NCBI GenBank assembly: GCA_047967505.1
Contig: CM106538.1
Source of the DNA: Dipteris shenzhenensis
Lineage: Eukaryota
Strand: one strand, 5' to 3'
DNA length: 64,000 bases
The notes below the pieces were generated by a model, which was given only the letters and a program-made list of their open reading frames with translations, ran no database searches and was not told the origin of the DNA. Shown in pieces: positions 1-11,402 of the stretch (the first letter of the stretch is position 1; each line of letters begins with the position of its first letter). A program made the translations under genes and the position numbers.

Positions 1-290
1 TAGAGTTATGAAGGGCGGCATCACATGGGGTTTCAGGTTTTAACCCCTAGCATCGCTATATAGCGACGCTAGTCAGTTGCGATATAGTGATGTTGTATAT
101 CTTGCATCATATAACGAAGGAGGAGAGATTTTTTTTTCTCGCAATAGAGTTGTGAAGGGTGGCATCATGTGGGGTTTCGAGTTTTAGCCTCCAACATCGC
201 TATATAGCCATGCTGGTGAGTCACTATATAGCAATGTTGTATATCCTAGAAGCATCACTATATAGTGATGGAATAGGGTATAACATCACT
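1..290. repeat. Degenerate direct repeat (~145-bp period), possibly part of an LTR that ends near 669 (…TGAGACA)
   Basis: TAGAGTT(A/G)TGAAGGG.GGCATCA…GGGGTTTC…CATCGCTATATAGC recurs at 1 and ~145. The gypsy RT frame begins abruptly just after 669. Confidence 0.5.
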
Positions 291-685
291 ATGTAGTGAT
301 GGTTCAGGACACTAAATCTAACAAGAGAAGGAAGGAGCTCATGGGTGGCTATTTTTTGGATCTTAATGGATTTCCTTGCATTTTGTGTTGTGATTTTGGA
401 GATGTGCAAATGGAAGGGACGAATCAGATGATCTGTCAATGTCCGGGAGCATAGAGTGACTTACGGAGAGGTTGTATTATTATTGCACTCATTGCAAGCG
501 AGAAGTATAATATCAACACTGTATTGTCATGCGCCACTTACGGATGTATGGGGAGGAGCCTGCACCAGTACCCACCATTGGTGGTGCACGTGGTGATGGA
601 TCATTAGTAAGTCAATGCTATTTGAGTTCGTGAATATTGCATGCGTACACGAAACGAAACCTTGAGACAAGATCTTATATTTACA

Positions 686-2329
686 AAGGATGGTACTATG
701 CGTTTATGCATAGATTACTGAGTACTAAATAAAATCACCATAAAAAATAAGTATCCTATGCCTTGCATTGATGAGCTCTTTGATCAATTGCAAGGGGCAA
801 AATACTTTACTAAAATTGATTTAAATTCAAGATATCACCAAGTACGAATTAGGGAAGAGGATGTCCCTAAGACATCATTTCGTACTAGGTATGGGCATTA
901 TCAATTTAAAGCAATGCCATTTGGATTAACAAATGCTCTAGCAACTTTCATGACACTTATGATGAATAGTGTCTTAAGGCCATATCTAGGGAAATTTACT
1001 ATAGCATTTTTAGATGATATCCTTATTTATAGTAAAACTAGGAAAAAGCATTTGGAAAATTTGCAAAAAGTGTTCCAGCTACTTAGAGATAATTCACTCT
1101 TTGCTAAAGAATCCAAATGTGAATTCTTTGCAAAAGAATTAAAATACTTGGGACATATAATATCCCAAGAATGGGTTCATTTGGACCCTGACAAAGTAAG
1201 AGCCATATTGGAATCCTACAAATCTAGAAGAATTACAGATATTCTTAGGTTTGTTAGGATTCTCTAGGAGATTCATCTAGGATTATGCTAAGATTGTTGT
1301 TCCAATGATGGACTAGCTTAAGGTGAAGGGAAGCACAATCATAACCTCAAAAGAGAAGTTTCGAAAAATTAAAAGTAGCTATAGTACCAGCTCCTGTCTT
1401 AAAAGTAGTGGATCCCAATGAACCATTCATGGTTGAGACAGATGCTAGTGATTTTGCTGTTGGATGGTACTTTTACAAAAAGCTTGACCAGTGGCTTTTG
1501 AAAGCAAAAAGTTAGATCATGCCAAATGGAATTACTAGCCATATGAGAAGGAACTATATGCTATAGTCTATGCTTTAGAAAAGTGGAGGAACTACTTATA
1601 TGCCTGGGGGATTCACTCTTCATTAAAGGGGGACGTCACCTGCGTGCATGAACTTCAAGAAAACCCCCTATTTAAGATCCACGTAGGATGATAAAACACC
1701 CCTATTTAAGCTTATAAGATACCACCAAAATTCCATTATGTCCCCCCCTTTCCTTAAATCTACATTCTTTCTCAAGCATTTACATTACACAATAAGCAAA
1801 TTTAGGTTACTTTCCCTATCACTATTTAAAACCATACACAAAATCAAACTTGTTTGGACTAGTTACCCAAGGTAACCTATATTATGTCCCCCCTTCTGAA
1901 ACATGACATGGTCCCCCTAGCTTAAATTCAATATTGGGGAAAAAAAAAGGGCCCCCACCCCTAATGTATAAGCTTATGCCTCATTTCAAAAAAACCCCCT
2001 ATTGTACACTCACGTGATATCATAAGTTTCCCCTTGTGAATCCCCCGGGCTTATATGGTGCAAAATTTTAGATCATCTTTGATCAAGAGAGCATTAAGTG
2101 GATTTGTAATCATCCAGAGCTAAAAGGTAAATGTGAGTTAGATCCTCACTTCTATGAAATATGGAAAGCAATTAGAAATAGGGATCTAACTAATCGAGAG
2201 GCTTTCACTAAGGAGTCACATGGAAATGGCAACACACCATAGGTTGGTGATAAAGGACTCAAGTGGAAAAAATATACTATTGAAGATGGCTACCTACTCT
2301 ACAAGGGCAGAGTATGTGCCTCGGATAAT
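686..2329 (+). pseudogene. Gypsy RT-RNase H remnant (includes ORF 758-1267)
   Basis: PCIDELFDQLQGAKYFTKIDL, MPFGLTNA, FLDDILIYS motifs; interrupted by the MITE at 1603-2049. Confidence 0.9.
1603..2049. mobile_element. Non-autonomous MITE, 447 bp, 14-bp TIR, 8-bp TSD (hAT-like by TSD length)
   Basis: Left end CCTGGGGGATTCAC; right end GTGAATCCCCCGGG (13/14 complementary). TSD CTTATATG at 1595-1602 and 2050-2057. Excision restores gypsy KWRNYLYGAKF. Confidence 0.9.
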
Positions 2330-3427
2330 GGATCATTGTTTGCTTAGGTGCAGCCATTTTTTATGAGGTTCAGGGACTTTTTTGTATATAGGTATCTTGC
2401 ATGACCCATAACTTATGCATTGCTCAACGAAATTCGGCAAAATTTGTTGTAGTACACATTCCAAACTTGAATATGAGAGCAAAAAATTATGAAATAAGTA
2501 TTTGTAACGAGAGCCTTAAAGCATTACAAGTGCTATGTTACATGTAAAGCATGCATCCTAAAGACTATAGGATATATCAATTTATTCAAAAACATCAAAA
2601 TTTTGTTCTATACATGCATGCAAACAAGTAATCATTCTAAAGTACACTACATGAGCTTCTCCTCAACCCAATGACAAACCTAAATGAGTTCATTATGCAT
2701 GGGTTAACGGGCCTCCAATGTGATGCATATCCATTTGAGGGCATGCTCCATAACTTATTTTTGATTTGTTGAAAACCAAAACGGATTGAAAATTTGAAAT
2801 CCAAACTATTGGGTTTAGTATATGGTGGTCTTAAAACATTGATAGTTGTTGGTATTGCTATCTAGATTCATCCTAAAATGGAAGAAGTTGGAAAAGTGCA
2901 ATTTGTGCATGTGCAAAAATATTTTAATAAATCCAACACTATTTATAAGTTTGAATTGCTTCTTTTTCCATGCATTTGATTGCTATATAGCTCATAAGCA
3001 TGCCAAAGGTCATTGCATGTAATAATACATAGCATCAAACCTGATGGCATGCTCTTTAGCCTATTTGTGTTTTGAAGCATTTTAGGCCACATTGCACTTG
3101 TTTGGGATATCCAAGTCTGCTGACGTGTATCGTCGGAGGGGGGGAAAACCGGCAGTTAAAATTTTGCTACTCCCATAAATTTTGAATTTTCACACCTCCC
3201 ACCCATCAAATCTTGGAAGATTAAGTACTTGCAACCTGCCCCCGCCCCTGCCCCTGCCCTGCAGCAACCCGCATGCACCTCGACGTGACCTTACACAGAC
3301 TTGGCTTGCCCATTGTCTTCTTTCGGGTCATTTGTCTTCTGTTCTTTGCTTGCCTCACTAGCTACCTTCTCTGTTTCTATTCTGGATTGATCGTGGCCAT
3401 GGTGTTAATGGCCACATGTAGCTCACC

Positions 3428-4200
3428 ATGGCTTGCAAGAGAAGCAAAGAGAGGCTGCGATACAGCAAAGTTGAAAAGCTAGGTCAAGGCACAAGGAACA
3501 GAGTGCGAGTCGAGGAAAGAACTGGCACAATAGGGAATCGGCACACTTTTGCAACATCTGCAAAGGGAGAAACAACAAGAACAAAGAAGACTCCTTGCAG
3601 AGCAATAGCAAGAAGCGGTTACAGATGCACACATTCGATCATTGCCATCGAAGCAAAGAACCTCCAAAGAACACGAGTTGTGGTATCACGATTGCTGGGA
3701 GCATTCAAGGCAGCAACATCAAGCCATTCAAGTGATTACCAGTCTCAAGTCTTCACAAGCTTTAGCATGCACCCTAAAATTCGTAGAGTAATAACCCTAC
3801 CAAAACCTCGGGAGATGCACGCCAAAGAGGTGATGCTCTCTAACCTAAGAAATGGCCTATAGAAAGTGGAAGGAGTGCACAATTTAGACCAACTAGTTGC
3901 AAAGAGGGTGATATTAGCTATGTTAGCGTCCCCTAAAACAAAGGAGAAATAGCTTGGGTGCACAATGTCGAAGATGTTGTCAATTAGAAGGACCAATGTG
4001 GCTCTAGCCATTGAATGCAGAGTAGAAGCAATACTCGTTCATCCCGATCCGAGAAGTCTATGGGCTTCAATAGAATGTAAGAAAAGGAGGGATAGCCTAA
4101 GTGTGGAAGTCATTGCTGTAGTGAGATGACATTTTGCAACAAAATACGAGAGTTTCTCCAAATCGAAAGAACATGTGTAAGAAGCAGATGGGACACAAGG
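3428..4200 (+). pseudogene. Decayed ORF of the TIR element, probable transposase N-terminal region
   Basis: A charged segment is followed by LWASIECKKRRDSLSVEVIAVVR, then a frameshift, then NTRVSPNRKNMCKKQMG. In-frame stops are present; no catalytic DDD/E domain is visible downstream. Confidence 0.5.
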
Positions 4201-4451
4201 GATAATTTTTATATAACCTGTTATTGGATATAGATGTACATTGTAATCTCTTTTGCTCAATTTTCACTCGATAAATTGTACTTTTGCACTCATTTATATT
4301 TACTACAAGAAGGACTAAAATACCAAGAAAAAAGAACTACAATTTCCTTGGTTTATGACCAAAATAGTGCTAAAATGACTCTAACGACCCCACCATTGTG
4401 GTTGCATGGAGATACATCTAGAAAAATACAATTAAACTTTTAGAAAATATT

Positions 4452-4601
4452 ATTGATGATATGGCCCTTGAGGGGTCCCCTCTAGGGGCAAGGGCCATGT
4501 CAACGTGCATTATACAATATCCAGGATGCCACTGGACAAAAATGGCATGTCGATATGGCCCTTGCCCCTAGAGGGGACCCCTCAACGGCTATATCATCAA
4601 T
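4452..4601. repeat. Foldback: 50-bp inverted arms with a 50-bp spacer
   Basis: 4452-4501 is the reverse complement of 4552-4601 with 3 mismatches. Confidence 0.85.
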
Positions 4602-4747
4602 TGCATTTTGCATGGTTGCACAACGGAATACATTTTTCTTGGTACACAAATATATAACTCAAAGAACAAGTGCAGTGGCTTTCATAGATCTCCTTCTGTT
4701 TGCCAGCATGTTGGTCATCATAGGCCTCCTCTTGTAATACGTAAAAA

Positions 4748-4928
4748 TGAGAGTGCTCTCAACGGAAGCAAGAACGGAAGAGGGAGAGAGAGCGAGACAG
4801 AGAGACAGAGAGCCACACAAGATTTGGTGGGTGCAGAACCACCCTAATCTTCTTTTTCATTCATTTATATATGTGTTTGAGTATTGTACATAACCGGGGT
4901 AAAGGCACAGTGACCTTTAACCCCCACA
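4748..4928 (-). repeat. 3' LTR (181 bp)
   Basis: Direct repeat of 10549-10728; preceded on the minus strand by purine tract TAAGTGGGAGGT. Confidence 0.95.
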
Positions 4929-4981
4929 ACCTCCCACTTAAAGGACAATGTGCCTTTAAGGGAGAACAACCAGTGAGCATA

Positions 4982-6646
4982 CTATCCAATGCCCATCAAT
5001 ACATGACAATACTCAAACCGTTGACTAGGTAGACTCTTCGTCAGCATATCTGCAGGGTTATCATCTGTATGAACCTTGACAAGCTCTATGCACTTGTCCT
5101 CAAGTACCTCCCTGATGAAATGATACCTGACCTCAATGTGTTTGGTCTTTGCATGAAAGACCGGATTCCGTGCTAGCTGAATAGTACTCATGGAATCACT
5201 ATGCAATGTCGGTACACCTGTATGAATCCCCAAATCTCCCACTAGCCGATCAAGCCATATAGCCTCCTTGCAACCCTCTGTGGCTGCAACATACTCTGCC
5301 TCTGTGGTAGACAAAGCCACGCACTTCTGTGCGCGAGACATCCACGACACTGCACCACCTGCAAAGGTGAACACATAACCAGAAGTGGATCTCCTACTAT
5401 CCACATGCCCTGCATAGTCTGAATCTGTGTACCCAAGTACACGCATGTCTCCTCTACCAAAGCAAATGCACATCTCCTTGGTACCCTTCATGTACCTCAT
5501 GATGCACTTAACTGCCTCCCAATGCCTCTTTCCTGGATTAGCCATATAGCGGCTAACAACTCCCACTGCAAATGCAATGTCTGGTCTAGTAGCTATCATA
5601 GCATACATAAGACTCCCAACTGCTGATGCATAAGGAACCTTGGCCATCATGGCCTTTTCCTCATCTGATTTGGGACTCTCTGTATGACTCAGTTTCACAT
5701 ATGGAGGCAATGGAGTACTCACTGCCTTCCCCCCCTCCATATTGAAACGCTGCAATACTTTTGTAACATACTCTTTTTGTGAAAGCCAAAGGAGTTTCCT
5801 ACTCCGATCACGCGTGATGCGCATACCAAGAATATGACCTACAAATCCCAAATCCTTCATATCAAAGGCCTCATGCAACTTGGCCTTTAATGCATCTAGC
5901 TCATAAGTATTCTTGCTAGCCAATAGCATATCATCCACATATAGTGCCAAGATTATCAGGCTATTATCCTTAGCCCTTTTAGTGTAGAGGCAGTGATCAA
6001 TTTCACTCCTTCTGAAACCCTGGGACCGAATGAAAGCATCAAAATTTTGATACCATTCTCTAGGTGCTTGCTTAAGACCATAGAGACTCTTTTTCAGCTT
6101 GCAAACTAAATGCTCTTTGCCCTTTTCTTCAAAGCCTTCCGGCTGCACCATGTAAATTTCCTCATGCAAGAAAGCTGTCTTGACATCCATTTGCATAAGC
6201 TCCATATCCTCTACTGCCACTAGTCCAAGCATGCATCTAAGTGTGGTCATCTTCACAATCGGAGAGAATATCTCATCAAAGTCCACACCCTTCTCTTGCT
6301 TGAACCCTTTAGCAACCAAACGGGCCTTGTATCTAGGCACATCATCACCTGTGACCTTCATTTTGTAGACCCATTTACATGGCAATGCTTTCTTTCCATG
6401 TGGCAAAGAAACCAAGTCCCAAGTCTTATTCTTCATAAGTGAACTCATCTCTGATTGCATAGCATACTCCCACTTGCGTTGATCCTCACGCATCATAGCC
6501 TCTCTGTAGCAAGAAGGCTCCCTGCAATCAGTAAGCATCACATAGTCTACCCCGCAATCAGTAAGCATCATAGCCTCTCTGTAGCAAGAAGGCTCCCCGC
6601 AATCAGTAAGCATCACATAGTCTACCCCGCAATCAGTAAGCATCAC
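4982..6646 (-). CDS. Copia pol, RT-RNase H part (frameshifted from the upstream ORF)
   Basis: YKARLVAKG, QMDVKTAFL, SLYGLKQAPR, LYVDDML, GYTDSDYAG, ADMLTKSL. The usual GDLx after AFLH is missing. Confidence 0.9.
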   Translation of the reverse strand: MMLTDCGVDYVMLTDCGEPSCYREAMMLTDCGVDYVMLTDCREPSCYREAMMREDQRKWEYAMQSEMSSLMKNKTWDLVSLPHGKKALPCKWVYKMKVTGDDVPRYKARLVAKGFKQEKGVDFDEIFSPIVKMTTLRCMLGLVAVEDMELMQMDVKTAFLHEEIYMVQPEGFEEKGKEHLVCKLKKSLYGLKQAPREWYQNFDAFIRSQGFRRSEIDHCLYTKRAKDNSLIILALYVDDMLLASKNTYELDALKAKLHEAFDMKDLGFVGHILGMRITRDRSRKLLWLSQKEYVTKVLQRFNMEGGKAVSTPLPPYVKLSHTESPKSDEEKAMMAKVPYASAVGSLMYAMIATRPDIAFAVGVVSRYMANPGKRHWEAVKCIMRYMKGTKEMCICFGRGDMRVLGYTDSDYAGHVDSRRSTSGYVFTFAGGAVSWMSRAQKCVALSTTEAEYVAATEGCKEAIWLDRLVGDLGIHTGVPTLHSDSMSTIQLARNPVFHAKTKHIEVRYHFIREVLEDKCIELVKVHTDDNPADMLTKSLPSQRFEYCHVLMGIG

Positions 6647-9146
6647 ATAGTCTATCAGGCGGTCTAGACACTCTAGATGATCTTCTCAAGGGCATTTCAG
6701 CTTGCTGTCCCACTTGCATATCAGCCACATTTGGCTCATCATTTCCACCAATAGATGATCCATCATCTACCCTTGATTGTATACCTATGGGAGTACTTGG
6801 TTGTACCATTTCTTGCACATTTGGTGCATGGACAGCTTGCTGTCTATCAATATATGTAGGTGGATTCACATCCTGGAAAGTTATTTTTCTCATTTCCACA
6901 TCCCTCATGGGTGCCTTATGCATCTTTTTCTCATTGAAGACCACATCATGGCTGCGTATGATCTTCTTTGCTTCTGGATCCCAGAGACGATAGCCCATCT
7001 CTCCACTTTCACCATAACCTAGAAAGATGCATTTCCTAGACTTAGGATCTAGCTTCTTTCGAAGCTCTTTTGGCACATGTGCATATGCCTCACACCCAAA
7101 TATACGCAAATGAGAGTAAGAGGGCTTCTTGCCACTCCATGCCTCTTCAGGAATACCACCATCCAAACTCTTACTAGGTGATCTATTGATCACATGCACT
7201 GCAGTCTTCATTGCCTCAGCCCAAAAACCACCAGAAAGACTTGCATTGGAAAGCATGCATTGCAACCTTTCTTGAATGGTACGGTTCATCTTTTCTGCAA
7301 CTAGATTTTGCTCTGGAGTACGAGGGGATGTAAGCTCCCTCTTAATCCCACGAGTATCACAGAAATGTTGAAAGTCATGAGAGAGATACTCTCCACCATT
7401 GTCAGTCCGTAGGCATTTAAGCGTTCTACCTGACTGATTCTCAACCAAGGCCAGCCATTTCTGAAATACCTGGAACACATCACTCTTCCGAGCTATAGCA
7501 TAAGCCCACACTTTCCTAGTTGCATCATCAATGAATGTCACATAGTATTCAGCCCCGCCTAATGACCGTGTAGGCATGGGACCACATACGTCTGAATGCA
7601 CCAAATCAAGCATTTCAAACTCTTTCTTTCCCCTTCTTTTATGGGCTGATTTAGTCTGCTTCCCATAGAGACAATGCTCACAAAATTCAAAATCAGAGAA
7701 ACTCAAATGCGGTACATAACCCAAACGGCATAAGAGTTTCATTCCATTCTGGCTCATGTGCCCCAACCTGCAATGCCACAAAGAAGTGCTTGGCTGCTCG
7801 GTTATTGCAACAACATGATCAAATACCCCTGATACATGTAAGGGATACAAAGTCCCACACTTGGCACCCCTGGCCAAAAGCATAGAGCCCTTTTGAATTT
7901 TCCAACTCTGAAAGCCAAAAGTGGTGTGAAAACCAGCATCATCTAGCTGACCCACTGAAATAAGACTCTTAGTCAACTTAGGCACATGTCTCACATGTTT
8001 CAAAACAAATGCAGACCCGTTTGCAAAAGAAAACTTTATGTCACCTGCTCCCACTATGTCACATGCATAGTCATTTCCAAGATGCACACAACCTGTCTTT
8101 CCACCATCATAAGTGGAGAACCATTCCCTATGGGGAGTAACATGGAATGAAGCACCAGAATCCAAAATCCAATCCTGGGAATATGCATCATCTGAAGTGG
8201 TAAGCGACTCTGCAGATAAACTAGACATGAAGAGAACATCATTGTCACTATCACGTGTGACTGCATTGATCTCCTCGATCTTCACTTTTCCTTTGTCCTC
8301 CCTTGGACTCTCTTCCTTTTGATTTGCACCCCAATTTGCATTCTTTTTCTTATCCTTTTGCTCTCTTTTTAGCTTGTAGCAATCCTTTTTCATATGGCCC
8401 TTCTTGCCACAATGGTAACACTCAATGTTCCGTGCCCTGGATTTGCTACGAGACTTCCCTCTTTCTTGGGACTTCCCCTTGAACTGTGATCTTCCCCTTT
8501 GCACATTTAAGGCTGCATCCTGCTTGTTGCCATCCATAGACTTCCGTCTAATCTCCTCAGCCAACAAGCTACCCACAACATCATCAAATTTCAGTACTCC
8601 ACCAGGTGTAGAGTTACTGACAGCTGTACGGAAGGTATCCCATGAGGATGGCAATGAACATAAGAGAAATATTGCCTTAGTCTCCGCATCAAAATTCATT
8701 TTTTGAGCCTGAAGCTGGCTGAAAATAATATTGAATTCATTCAAATGAGAAGCAATGGAGACCCCTTCCTTCATCTGCAGCTCAAACAACCTCTTCATGA
8801 GGTAAACTTTATTAGAGGCAGTTTCCTTTTCATAAGTGGCACACAATTTCTTCCACAAATCTTCCGTAGTCTGCTCATTTACTACTGTGAAATAAACTGA
8901 CTCTGCAAGATGAAGTCTAATAGTAGACTTTGCTAATGCATCCAACTCATTCCAATCATCCTCAGACATATTTGCAGGCTTAGCTTCAATCCCTGCCAAG
9001 GGTTTAATCTGCTTCTTTTGAATAAGCACATCCCTTATCTGTTCTTTCCACAAAGAAAAGTTTGTCCCATCAAACTTTTTAATGCTGAAAAACTCCTTTT
9101 CAGGCATGGAAGAGGATGCCATGATGCAAATAAAGCAAAATCCCAA
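6633..9146 (-). CDS. Copia gag-protease-integrase polyprotein
   Basis: KFDGTNFSLWK; zinc knuckle CYHCGKKGHMKKDC; protease WILDSGAS; WHCRLGH…CEHC; VHSDVCGP; LRTDNGGEY. Confidence 0.93.
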   Translation of the reverse strand: MGFCFICIMASSSMPEKEFFSIKKFDGTNFSLWKEQIRDVLIQKKQIKPLAGIEAKPANMSEDDWNELDALAKSTIRLHLAESVYFTVVNEQTTEDLWKKLCATYEKETASNKVYLMKRLFELQMKEGVSIASHLNEFNIIFSQLQAQKMNFDAETKAIFLLCSLPSSWDTFRTAVSNSTPGGVLKFDDVVGSLLAEEIRRKSMDGNKQDAALNVQRGRSQFKGKSQERGKSRSKSRARNIECYHCGKKGHMKKDCYKLKREQKDKKKNANWGANQKEESPREDKGKVKIEEINAVTRDSDNDVLFMSSLSAESLTTSDDAYSQDWILDSGASFHVTPHREWFSTYDGGKTGCVHLGNDYACDIVGAGDIKFSFANGSAFVLKHVRHVPKLTKSLISVGQLDDAGFHTTFGFQSWKIQKGSMLLARGAKCGTLYPLHVSGVFDHVVAITEQPSTSLWHCRLGHMSQNGMKLLCRLGYVPHLSFSDFEFCEHCLYGKQTKSAHKRRGKKEFEMLDLVHSDVCGPMPTRSLGGAEYYVTFIDDATRKVWAYAIARKSDVFQVFQKWLALVENQSGRTLKCLRTDNGGEYLSHDFQHFCDTRGIKRELTSPRTPEQNLVAEKMNRTIQERLQCMLSNASLSGGFWAEAMKTAVHVINRSPSKSLDGGIPEEAWSGKKPSYSHLRIFGCEAYAHVPKELRKKLDPKSRKCIFLGYGESGEMGYRLWDPEAKKIIRSHDVVFNEKKMHKAPMRDVEMRKITFQDVNPPTYIDRQQAVHAPNVQEMVQPSTPIGIQSRVDDGSSIGGNDEPNVADMQVGQQAEMPLRRSSRVSRPPDRLCDAY

Positions 9147-10534
9147 ATGCTAGTGCCTACAAGAGAGAATCACACCAAATACCAAGTGCACCCAAATGTG
9201 TATGCCACAATAGAGTGAAATATCACCAAAACTCAAAACTCAAAGCATCTGACTCATGTGCATATACTATGCATCCATATGAGCAAATCTAGCCCAAAAG
9301 AAAATGCCAATAAGTGCCAAATGACTCAAGCATAAACACTGTCCACTGGCATATGCATCAATAATGTCTCATCCAAGAGAGCATAGCACTATCGATGCGT
9401 CACTTGCAATGTGTCAAAGCTATCCCTCAGCATAAAATAGCATCCATGTGCAAAGCGTCCATAAAAATAGCATCCCACAAGGCAATTTGGGCCTATCAGC
9501 GCATCCAACAAGGACCGCAATGCATCCAAATGGCCTATAAATCATCCACTGCAACCCAATGCATACCACGAATGAGCGCACACTACTCAAACTGCAACCA
9601 GAGTGATCTGCATAAGGTATGCTCAAGAAATCATAGTCCCACGGTAATGAGCGCTACTGAAAATAGAACCTGAGATGCTTCAAAACATGGGCGCCATTGC
9701 ATAATCGGACTCAGCAAGAAAATCTGCAAATATCTCTCTTCTGCCAGAACTCCAAAATCCCAACCGATGAGTGAGAAATGGAAGTCAACACTTATCCACT
9801 GCCATGTGGCATAAATCTAAGGTTTCAAAACCTTAGTATGAAAAATGCATAACAGAGAGACGAAATCGAATACACAGAGATTTATAACTCTGAAAATCCT
9901 CCACCGAATCACGCAAGAACTGATAGGTAGGGGTTTTTGGGCATCCGGAACGCAATGGGACAGACGGTTTTGGAAACCGTGGCCTCAATCACTGGGTCCA
10001 ACACACGGACTGAAAAACGTTTTTGGAAACAAAGCTATCTGTAAACTCCACCGGAGTGCGAATGATGAGCAACATAGAAGTTTTAGGACCTCCTGAGTCC
10101 ACCGGAACTGACAGATCTGTAAATGGTTGCTCCAAACTTGAGTTCCAACACCCGGGCAAAAAACGCAGGAATTGACACAGTGAGTCGGAAATCCACTGAA
10201 ATGATCTCAGATTCAAGAATGAAGGTGTTTCCAAGCTCCTAAAGTAATGTGGACACCAAAAGCAAGCAATAGTTGCCTCCACAAGTCAATACGGAGTCTC
10301 TGTCATCGAACGAAACAGGGAAAAGCTCAAAAAACGACTTTTTCTTTGAAAGCTCTTAACAGGCTCTCAAAACCACTTCGTAAAGCCAAAGTGACTTTTC
10401 CAAAGGTTCCTCCAAGGTCTCTGCACACTCGGATGCAAGTAAAGTCACCCACAAAGCTTCCCACAGAGCTTCTCCTTCCTCCCACAGAGCTACTGAGCTT
10501 CAAGCATTCACGCACGCTCAGCTAGATCACTCGG

Positions 10535-10546
10535 GCTCTGATACTA
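10535..10546 (-). promoter_or_regulatory. Primer-binding site (tRNA-iMet type, 1 mismatch)
   Basis: TAGTATCAGAGC versus canonical TGGTATCAGAGC, 2 nt from the 5' LTR. Confidence 0.85.
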
Positions 10547-10548
10547 GT

Positions 10549-10728
10549 TGAGAGTGCTCTCAACGGAAGCAAGAACGGAAGAGGGAGAGAGAGCGAGACA
10601 GAGAGACAGAGAGCCACACAAGATTTGGTGGGTGCAGAACCACCCTAATCTTCTTTTCATTCATTTATATATGTGTTTGAGTATTGTACATAACCGGGGT
10701 AAAGGCACAGTGACCTTTAACCCCCACA
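10549..10728 (-). repeat. 5' LTR (180 bp)
   Basis: Near-identical to 4748-4928. Confidence 0.95.
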
Positions 10729-10754
10729 AAAAATAGCTAACGGAGATATAACTC

Positions 10755-11247
10755 CTAGAACCAATGCGGTGGTCTCTCTAAGACAACTTTGAATGACTGC
10801 GCTAAGGTGATGACAGGTTTTCAGGTTAGAGATTGCGCTGAGGCAATGCTCAAAAGGATAGATTGCATCTCATTATTACACCAAAAGCCAGTCTCCAAGC
10901 CAACCTATGATTTGCATTGGCTACGGGAAAAGATGCGGCAAAAGGCTGCATGATGACAGGTGGTCAACAAGCCAGAGACTATGCTGTGACTATTTTCAGA
11001 ATGATAGATTGCATCTAATTATTACACCAAGAACCAACACAGTGGTCTCTCCAAGCCAACCTTCAATTTTAATGATCTGCATGGGTGCATGCCCAGTGAC
11101 AGGTGGCAAAGCTACATCAAAATGCTCCATGATGATAAGTGATTAGGTGGCATAGGCCAAAGACTGTGCTACACAAAGCAATGTAGAGATGCCATGTGTC
11201 GAGCTATGTGGTGTTCTAAACAAATAGATTACATCTCATTATTACAC
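10755..11247. repeat. Degenerate subterminal repeats of the TIR element
   Basis: ATAGATT(G/A)CATCT(C/A)ATTATTACAC at ~10858, ~11003 and ~11224; GTCTCTC..AG.CAAC also recurs. Confidence 0.6.
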
Positions 11248-11402
11248 TAGTGCGCCTTCATGACATCAGGAAAATTTTCATGGAGAGCACAAGTCTGCAC
11301 AAAATTCAAATATTCACCTAGGAGTGCATCGCATCGCGGCCCCAAAACAGCCTCGAAAATAGTTCGATGATTGGCTACACCCAAGAAAACGTTGACCCTA
11401 AT

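Larger units (their letters stand above)
4748..10728 (-). mobile_element. Full-length, very young Ty1/copia LTR retrotransposon
   Basis: TG…CA LTRs at 4748-4928 and 10549-10728 differ by one T. AAAAA TSD at 4743-4747 and 10729-10733. PBS 10535-10546; PPT 4929-4940. Domain order gag-PR-INT-RT-RH. Confidence 0.97.
2330..11398 (+). mobile_element. TIR DNA transposon with 4-bp TSD, Sola-like deletion derivative (~3.1 kb after removing the nested copia)
   Basis: 27-bp imperfect TIRs at 2330-2356 and 11372-11398 (21/27 match). TAAT at 2326-2329 and 11399-11402. Excision restores the gypsy frame GRVCASDN-NDIRRQILFECHDS. Confidence 0.7.
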
